This document shows, in pieces, positions 42,772-48,568 of a stretch of DNA of 48,568 nucleotides; within the stretch, counting starts at the first letter, position 1; each line of letters begins with the position of its first letter. The stretch is from an uncultured Gammaproteobacteria bacterium (GTDB lineage: Bacteria > Patescibacteriota > Microgenomatia > Levybacterales > GWA1-39-11). The DNA lies in contig CAZQIA010000001.1 in NCBI GenBank assembly GCA_964593215.1, positions 1-48,568 on the forward strand, in the 5' to 3' direction. The notes under the pieces are model-generated. The model was not told where the DNA came from, ran no database searches, and worked only from the letters and a program-made list of their open reading frames with translations. A program made the position numbers and the translations under genes.

Positions 42772-44526
42772 TCACTGTTTTTCGATATTAAACAAAGGAC
42801 CAACAATTTGAATATTTGAAGGGGCGCGAAGATTAAAGTAAGATTTAAAGTCAGATCCAGAAAATGAAGCTGATCCGGCGTCTCCAGAAATTGTTACCGT
42901 TGTAGTTCTTCCAGATCCTTTATCCCAATCAATGGATACACCGGAAACTGAGTAGAAGGGTGTTTTTCCTCTATTTTGAAGTTCTGATTTTACGCGTCCA
43001 GCGTCCCACGTATCTGTTCCGGCGGGGTTAGGTTTATCAGGTTGATACAAGTGTTCTCTCACTCCGCTATCGGCTTGAGCTAACATAATTGTGTTTGCCA
43101 TGTCAGCAACCTCTTCGCTTTTTAGCCATGCAGTGTTTGCATAAGAACTTCTAGATCCCCAATCACAATAAAACCATGGAGAATTTTTATCATATGCATT
43201 ATTTTTTAAATCATCAAATGAGTTAATTGAGTCGGTTGTGGTGTCTTTTGCGTTTTTTGTAAAAGATGTTGCCGACCAGCCTATGTCTGCAGAAGAATAT
43301 ACATAACCACCATGAGTTGAAGAAAACCATGCCTTAATAGGTTGTCCGCCCGAGGTAAGCACCTGTCCTGATGTTGCATTTACCGCATCAATCCAGGATT
43401 GAGCATTCAATTCTTGTTTTACCACTTGGCAGGATTGGGACGGACAAATATTTCCCGATCCGTTATTTGTATAAGCAAGCGCGTATGAACGTGCGGCAAT
43501 AGCCTGAGCCTTAAGAGATTCAGATGGCCATGATGATGGAACTTCATAAACATGCTTCAAATATTCTTCAATGCTCCAGTTATTGTCAAACGATTGTCCA
43601 TATTCATTTGTTCCAGTCACATGAATATTTGTGGAGGTGCTATATCCGGATGTAAGGTCGGCATTATAATATGCCTTCAGAATTGTTTCTGCGTTTTGAC
43701 CCGCTTCAGCTCTTCCTTTTGCTCCGTACTGGTTAAGACCTACCCTGTTTGGAACACCGTAGGAAAAGAACCCAAAACGCGGAGAAAAACCCGGATCTTT
43801 TCCATTTGTTAGATCAGATGAGCACCCGCTTCCCAATCCTGCGTATGCAGACTGTGGAATGTTAAGACTTGCAAGGCGCTGAGATAAAATTGCCTGCTGC
43901 TTTGCTGACAGTTCTGCTATCTGAGTAGATAGTTTTGCTTGAAATTCTAACGCACCATCTACTAATTTTTGTACATCTTTTTGTTCAGCTGACAGCTTAT
44001 CTTTCATAGTTTTTAACCTGGCTTCTTCTTCCTCAAGCGCCTTACGTTTTTCCTCAAGATCCACAACTTTTATGGCAATATTTGTGATAATAGCTCTATC
44101 TGAATCAGCTCCTTTTTTTTGGTAGGCAATAAGTCTCGTTGCATCCTGCGCATCTTTAGATGAGAGAAAGATGAGAAGCGGGGAAAATTGGTAATTTCTT
44201 ATGTAATAGGATCTGACGGTTTTGTTAAACGTTTCTTTTTGCGCCGCTAAATCTTCGTAGCCTTTTAATATTATTTGCTTTTTAGATTGTATATCCTGTT
44301 CAATATTTGAGACTTGAAGGGCAATTCCGTCAAGCTGCTTTTTCAATGTAATTAATTGAGTTTGAAATGGTGCTGTTGCCCGTTGAGACGAAGATAATTG
44401 ATTTGTTAAGTCAGATATTTTCTTACTGATGTCATCCAGCTCATCTGAATAAACTTTTTCCTGAGATAGAAAGATTGACACAATAAGAAAAAAGATGACA
44501 GAAAACATTAGAAGAATTTTTCTCAT
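42772..44526 (-). CDS. SpoIID/LytB-domain protein with N-terminal coiled coil (CwlO/PcsB-like arrangement)
   Basis: Signal/anchor MRKILLMFSVIFFLIVSIFL, then about 200 aa of coiled coil. SpoIID signatures follow: ..SLKAQAIAARSYAL.. and ..WFSSTHGGYV.. Confidence 0.75.
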   Translation of the reverse strand: MRKILLMFSVIFFLIVSIFLSQEKVYSDELDDISKKISDLTNQLSSSQRATAPFQTQLITLKKQLDGIALQVSNIEQDIQSKKQIILKGYEDLAAQKETFNKTVRSYYIRNYQFSPLLIFLSSKDAQDATRLIAYQKKGADSDRAIITNIAIKVVDLEEKRKALEEEEARLKTMKDKLSAEQKDVQKLVDGALEFQAKLSTQIAELSAKQQAILSQRLASLNIPQSAYAGLGSGCSSDLTNGKDPGFSPRFGFFSYGVPNRVGLNQYGAKGRAEAGQNAETILKAYYNADLTSGYSTSTNIHVTGTNEYGQSFDNNWSIEEYLKHVYEVPSSWPSESLKAQAIAARSYALAYTNNGSGNICPSQSCQVVKQELNAQSWIDAVNATSGQVLTSGGQPIKAWFSSTHGGYVYSSADIGWSATSFTKNAKDTTTDSINSFDDLKNNAYDKNSPWFYCDWGSRSSYANTAWLKSEEVADMANTIMLAQADSGVREHLYQPDKPNPAGTDTWDAGRVKSELQNRGKTPFYSVSGVSIDWDKGSGRTTTVTISGDAGSASFSGSDFKSYFNLRAPSNIQIVGPLFNIEKQ

Positions 44527-44629
44527 GGGAGTATTTTATGATAACAAAAAATGAACGTACTTTACAACTTTTGAGGCGTAAATAAGAAGAGATAAATTTT
44601 AAGTCCTGTAGGGATTTTGGGGAATATTT

Positions 44630-44638
44630 TGGTATAAT
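44630..44638 (+). promoter_or_regulatory. Extended -10 element upstream of tRNA-Ile
   Basis: TGGTATAAT lies 37 nt before the tRNA 5' end. A 9-bp AT-rich hairpin follows: ATTTAGAAA-ATG-TTTCTAAAT at 44651-44671. Confidence 0.4.
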
Positions 44639-44674
44639 AAACACTACTCAATTTAGAAAATGTTTCTAAATTTC

Positions 44675-44748
44675 GGGCGTGTAGCTCAGCTGGTTAGAGC
44701 ACGAAGCTTATACCTTCGCGGTCCCTGGTTCGAATCCAGGCGCGCCCA
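44675..44748 (+). tRNA. tRNA-Ile, anticodon TAT (UAU)
   Basis: Manual cloverleaf: acceptor GGGCGTG/CGCGCCC, D-arm GCTC..GAGC, anticodon stem CGAAG/CTTCG, loop CTTATAC, T-arm CCTGG-TTCGAAT-CCAGG, discriminator A. 74 nt. CCA is not encoded. Confidence 0.85.
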
Positions 44749-44821
44749 CAAAAAATTTTAAAAAATAATACCCTTGAAATCTTACTTGATTTCCTGCTGA
44801 CTTCTTATATAATTCATATTT

Positions 44822-45082
44822 ATGGGAATTGATAGATTTACACCTGGTAAAATTCCAGATTCAGTTGAGAGAACAACAACGCGCGTAAATAATGGATCAG
44901 ATAGGCCACCGGTGCGAGCGCAGGAAGAAAGAGTCTTTGGAGACAGTTTTACATACGTGCAAACACAACCATTAACTGAGCATCAGATTGTGCCTGTTGC
45001 CGGTGGAAGAACAATTGGCGGGGGGACAAGTAGAGAGTCATTAAGAAGAGCACAGAAGAAGACAGCTCGAGGGAAAAAATAG
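44822..45082 (+). CDS. Hypothetical small basic protein (86 aa)
   Basis: An ORF only, with no recognised family. It is convergent with the coupling-protein gene. Confidence 0.35.
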   Translation: MGIDRFTPGKIPDSVERTTTRVNNGSDRPPVRAQEERVFGDSFTYVQTQPLTEHQIVPVAGGRTIGGGTSRESLRRAQKKTARGKK

Positions 45083-45085
45083 AAT

Positions 45086-47518
45086 TTACACTAATCCACC
45101 TTGGTTTCCGCCACTTCCTATTGAACCTTCACCGCCGCCAAACGGATCATTGTCTCCAGGACCTAAATCTCCAAACACTTCAAATAATTTAGAGCGTTTT
45201 GCAATCTCTGCTTCTACTAATTCTCTAGGTTTCCCGTATTTTAATCTAGAAAGTTCTCTTACTAATTCTGCGACTCTGGGGTTTTCCATTTTCTTTTCTG
45301 CTGTAAGGTCCCTAGTTAAATCCATAGAAAAGGGTGGCGCTGGTTCATTTTTAATAACCGTTTTTACATATGCGTGGCGGGCTTCTATATTAATAAGGTC
45401 TGCTTCAGAAAAAGTGGGTTGAAATTCGTGCTGGAGGTAATTTGCGTCCGCAACTCCTACCCTGAAGGAGCAGATAGTTCCTACGTTTCCAAAGATAGCA
45501 TTTTTAATTTCTTCTTCAATCTGTCCTATAAACTGATTTGCAACAATTAAATTCAGTCTGTATTTTCTTGCCTCTGATAGGATTTGTGCAAAGTCAGGGG
45601 TTGCAAAATTTTGAAACTCGTCCACATATAGAAAGAAATCCCGACGTTGATCCTGTGAAATATCTTGCCTACTCATAGCAGCAACTAGTAATTTAGGAAC
45701 TAAGATAAGACCTAAGAAGTTAGAATTTTCTTCACCTATTTTCCCTTTTGCTAAAGAAATCAAAAGAATTTTTCCTTCGTCCATAGCTTTTCTGAAGTTA
45801 AATGAAGACTCAGATTGTCCGATCATATTTCTAATCATGGTGTTTGTGACAAATCTCCCAAATTTAGAAGTGATGTAGTCTAAAACTTCCGACTTATGAA
45901 AGTCAGAGGTTTGGGCAATCTGGTCTGTCCAGTAGCGTCTAATAATAGGATCTTTTACCTTAGGTAAAAGTTCCTGGACAAAGTTTTGGTCAGTTAAGAC
46001 TCGCATAACTTCTACAAAGGTGTTTCCGGGTTCTGACATAACAGTAAGCATGGCGTTTCTTACAGCGTGTTCAAACCTAGGTCCAATGATTCCCGTCTGA
46101 TGTGGATCAAAGAGCTTATACATGAGCCCGATAACTGAGGTAACTACCAGATGTTTTTCTTCATCCGTGGATGCCTCGAGCATATTAAGTCCCATGGGGC
46201 GTTCTGTATCTGAAGGATCAAAAAGAATAACATCCTCAGCTCTTTCTGGTGGAATAAGAGGTAGGATTAAATCTATGGTATCATGCGGATCTATAAAGCA
46301 GACTCCGTGACCCGCTCTAATGTCCTGCAAAATCATATCTTTCAAAAACTCAGATTTTCCTACACCAGTTTTTCCAACAATATACATATGACGTCTTCTA
46401 TCATCCTCTCCTATATAAATAGGTTTTTCATTTCCCCTGTAAACACTTTTTCCTATATATAAACCTGATGATGGAATGGTTGCTGGAGCCGGAGCACTGC
46501 GCGCAGCAAGCCAGTGAATGTGCGGACTCTCCACTGATTTATTAGGGAAATGAAAAATGGTTGCAAGTTCATCAATTGAGAGAACTGACCCTTTTTTAAA
46601 TAGTGGAATCGTACGGTAAATGAAATCAACCATAAACATTCCCTTAAAGTGCTTAATCTTTTCTTTAGAAAAAGAATTATAGGAAGAAAATTGAGTAAAT
46701 GAGGTAACTAGATTTTCCAAATGTGCGTCTGCAGATTCTTTCGTGGAAGAAGACACAACTAAACGAATAAACGTATTAAATGCGGGTTTGCTTATTTTTT
46801 GCTCGATTGCCTCTAATTCTTTTTGGTCTACCGAATATTTTGCAGTTTCAGGATTTGCTTCCCGTTTTTTAATTCCAGAAATATATGTTCTTCCAAATTT
46901 TTTCCACTTGTCCCCTGCGGGAGTAATAAGAATCTGCATGGCAGCTGATTCCCCTTCTTGCATTTTTCCTAATGTAGAAACAAATGTAGAGAGTGGGTCT
47001 ACAGGAAGTTGTTGGAACGTTTTTATAGGAGAATAAGGAGAACCTTTTTTAAGCTGTAGACCTGCAAAGGCAACTTTTCCAGTTTCTGAAAAAAGATCAT
47101 ATTCCTCAGCTTCAACTATTGAAGCGTCAGGATATGCTCCGTGGATCTGTTTTTCTACCATGTCCTGAAGTTTTTTAGGAACAGATACGTAAAACCTGAT
47201 ATCTCCCGGTTTTGCAACAACTTCAAAAACTATGTAATCCGGGACTTTAAAAAAGGAAAGTCTACCCTTGGCCCCTTTTATTCCGGAAAAGGATGAAAAC
47301 ATTTGTTCAGCAGCGTCTATCTTAATTTCATTTTCTCTTGGAAGCTGTACTTCCAATAAAATCATCTCAAGCGCTTTTTTTTGCCTATCTTTATTTTTCT
47401 TCCACAGTTTATACGCTGCAAAAACCCCGGCAAAAAACGCTATAACAACGCTTGTCAAAAATATAGCCAGTAAAAAGGCAAAAAATACATTCATTGCGTA
47501 ATTAACTTGTTCTATCAT
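45086..47518 (-). CDS. Type IV coupling protein-like ATPase (VirD4/TraD/TraG family)
   Basis: N-terminal TM helix. Walker A IVGKTGVGKSEF and Walker B FFLYVDEFQNF, followed by ..LSEARKYRLNLIVANQF.., which is typical of T4CPs. The C-terminal tail is Gly-rich. Confidence 0.7.
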   Translation of the reverse strand: MIEQVNYAMNVFFAFLLAIFLTSVVIAFFAGVFAAYKLWKKNKDRQKKALEMILLEVQLPRENEIKIDAAEQMFSSFSGIKGAKGRLSFFKVPDYIVFEVVAKPGDIRFYVSVPKKLQDMVEKQIHGAYPDASIVEAEEYDLFSETGKVAFAGLQLKKGSPYSPIKTFQQLPVDPLSTFVSTLGKMQEGESAAMQILITPAGDKWKKFGRTYISGIKKREANPETAKYSVDQKELEAIEQKISKPAFNTFIRLVVSSSTKESADAHLENLVTSFTQFSSYNSFSKEKIKHFKGMFMVDFIYRTIPLFKKGSVLSIDELATIFHFPNKSVESPHIHWLAARSAPAPATIPSSGLYIGKSVYRGNEKPIYIGEDDRRRHMYIVGKTGVGKSEFLKDMILQDIRAGHGVCFIDPHDTIDLILPLIPPERAEDVILFDPSDTERPMGLNMLEASTDEEKHLVVTSVIGLMYKLFDPHQTGIIGPRFEHAVRNAMLTVMSEPGNTFVEVMRVLTDQNFVQELLPKVKDPIIRRYWTDQIAQTSDFHKSEVLDYITSKFGRFVTNTMIRNMIGQSESSFNFRKAMDEGKILLISLAKGKIGEENSNFLGLILVPKLLVAAMSRQDISQDQRRDFFLYVDEFQNFATPDFAQILSEARKYRLNLIVANQFIGQIEEEIKNAIFGNVGTICSFRVGVADANYLQHEFQPTFSEADLINIEARHAYVKTVIKNEPAPPFSMDLTRDLTAEKKMENPRVAELVRELSRLKYGKPRELVEAEIAKRSKLFEVFGDLGPGDNDPFGGGEGSIGSGGNQGGLV

Positions 47519-47525
47519 AGGTTTT

Positions 47526-48074
47526 TTAGGCAGCTTTTTTAATCTCGGGCGTTTGATTTTGTGTCTGGGTAATGTCTGCCGGTGTACGAGTTTCAGTGGG
47601 AGTTAACGGTGCTGATGTACCTTGAGTAGAATTTCCAGCGGTATTTCCTTTCTGAAACATAGTTCGTAATTTATTTACCCAAGCTGAAAGGCTCTTCCAG
47701 TTTCCTGATTCTGATGTGGAGCCAAGATTAGGTCTATGTAGGATTTGATATTCTGGCTTGGCAGAAGTTACAGGAAACGTTATAAGACCAGAATCTTCTA
47801 CCGGTGGGTGGAATTCATGGTTTACCGTTACGCCTGTGTCTGATAAATTTTGTGCAGCTGCAGTTGCATGAGTAGATTCACTTATTGCCGTAACTCCAGC
47901 TTCTGCAACCTCTGAAGATACTTCTGGCTCTACATGTTCTCCAGCTGGTTGAGCAGATGGCGCTTCTTCAGGTATGTCTATAGGCGCAGGAGTAGTAAAT
48001 TCTTGGGAGTCTTGAGTAATATTCTCAACAACAGGCGAGTCCATTTTTTCTTGATTTTTTAGTTCTGTTGTCAT
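47526..48074 (-). CDS. Hypothetical acidic/Thr-rich protein upstream of the coupling ATPase
   Basis: 182-aa ORF on the same strand, ending 7 nt before the T4CP start. It is low-complexity with no TM helix. Confidence 0.45.
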   Translation of the reverse strand: MTTELKNQEKMDSPVVENITQDSQEFTTPAPIDIPEEAPSAQPAGEHVEPEVSSEVAEAGVTAISESTHATAAAQNLSDTGVTVNHEFHPPVEDSGLITFPVTSAKPEYQILHRPNLGSTSESGNWKSLSAWVNKLRTMFQKGNTAGNSTQGTSAPLTPTETRTPADITQTQNQTPEIKKAA

Positions 48075-48172
48075 ATGTTCATGATAGCATCATTAGCCTT
48101 ATTTGGCAATTTATTAACCTCACAAAATGATAACAAATTAGGCAAAAACCTTTGTTGTCTAGGCGTACATTC

Positions 48173-48181
48173 TGATATAAT
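48173..48181 (+). promoter_or_regulatory. Extended -10 element upstream of the tRNA-Ser pair
   Basis: TGATATAAT lies 31 nt before the tRNA-Ser(GCT) 5' end. TTGTTG at 48152-48157 is a possible -35 with an 18-nt spacer. Confidence 0.4.
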
Positions 48182-48212
48182 CAACAGACTCAAATCTTTT
48201 AGAGAGTGTTTT

Positions 48213-48304
48213 GGAGGAGTCGCATAGCTGGTCCATTGCGGGGGGTTGCTAACCCCCTGAGCCCCTTAAACAGGCTCGCGCAGGTTCAAATCCTGTCTCC
48301 TCCG
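48213..48304 (+). tRNA. tRNA-Ser, anticodon GCT
   Basis: Acceptor GGAGGAG/CTCCTCC, anticodon stem GGGGG/CCCCC with loop TTGCTAA, a long variable arm, T-arm GCAGG-TTCAAAT-CCTGT, discriminator G. 92 nt. Confidence 0.85.
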
Positions 48305-48401
48305 CCCGAATTTGATGAGAAAATAAGACGTTACTAGGAGAGGTCGCACAAGAACACTTGCTTCCGCAAGAACCTTGTGTAACCATGTCCTCATTTCATT
48401 C

Positions 48402-48488
48402 GGAGAGGTCGCATAGCGGTCTAGTGCGAAGGTCTTGAAAACCTTTGTGGGGGCAACCTCACCGGGGGTTCGAATCCCCCCCTCTCCG
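48402..48488 (+). tRNA. tRNA-Ser, anticodon TGA
   Basis: Acceptor GGAGAGG/CCTCTCC, anticodon stem AAGGT/ACCTT with loop CTTGAAA, a long variable arm, T-arm GGGGG-TTCGAAT-CCCCC, discriminator G. 87 nt. Confidence 0.85.
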
Positions 48489-48568
48489 CAGAATATTTCT
48501 TTAATCTTCATAATTTGTTTTTCTTCTTCTAATTTTCCCATTTATTAGTATATTTAATTTATTCACAG

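Noticed and set aside
48266-48541. 91-aa minus-strand ORF at the window end
   Set aside because: It lies antisense across both tRNA-Ser genes and their spacer. Its open frame is explained by the tRNA sequence, and there is no independent coding evidence.
1-48568. Alternative genetic code (UGA recoding as in some CPR lineages) and CRISPR arrays
   Set aside because: Long conserved genes are uninterrupted under the standard code, and TGA is used as a terminal stop (for example at 3371 and 31467). No array of regularly spaced repeats of 20 bp or more was seen. The only short repeats are the 13-mers at 29457/29477 and the heptamers at 42.7 kb.

Overview
AT-rich, gene-dense bacterial chromosomal window. 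It starts inside dnaA and runs through dnaN, so it lies at the replication-origin region. The gene content looks like a reduced Patescibacteria/CPR-type genome; this is inference only, since no marker search was possible. That content includes a monoderm-style PrgI/VirB4/VirB2-like pilin set, a DUF5667-like protein, class II RNR with NrdR and a PduO adenosyltransferase, and many bitopic secreted proteins of unknown function. The standard genetic code fits.

Main blocks:
- **1.7-21.6 kb:** a relaxase-less, type IV secretion/pilus-like locus. It encodes a PrgI/VirB3-like protein, a VirB4 ATPase, an 871-aa bitopic protein ending in a lytic transglycosylase, an M23 peptidase, and four proteins sharing a VirB2-like pilin module. 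One of those four is a 558-aa Cys-rich fusion. The locus also has a P-loop NTPase fused to an OmpR-type wHTH, a polytopic VirB6-like protein, and two large tail-anchored unknown proteins.
- **22.5-28.0 kb:** nrdR-nrdJ preceded by two NrdR boxes. A cobalamin-riboswitch-like element follows, in front of pduO plus two uncharacterised zinc-ribbon ORFs.
- **28.1-29.98 kb:** comFC, smpB and an intact ssrA (tmRNA) with promoter and terminator.
- **29.9-34.5 kb:** a putative integrated element. Its large serine recombinase gene runs antisense over the ssrA terminator and 3' end. It carries four unknown ORFs.
- **34.7-44.5 kb:** housekeeping and envelope genes: speH, EamA, DUF2156-like, a histidine kinase, a receiver-only response regulator and a SpoIID-like protein.
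- **44.7-48.5 kb:** tRNA-Ile(UAU), a VirD4/TraD-like coupling ATPase 24 kb from the main T4SS locus, and two tRNA-Ser genes.

No CRISPR array, rRNA or transposase was seen.
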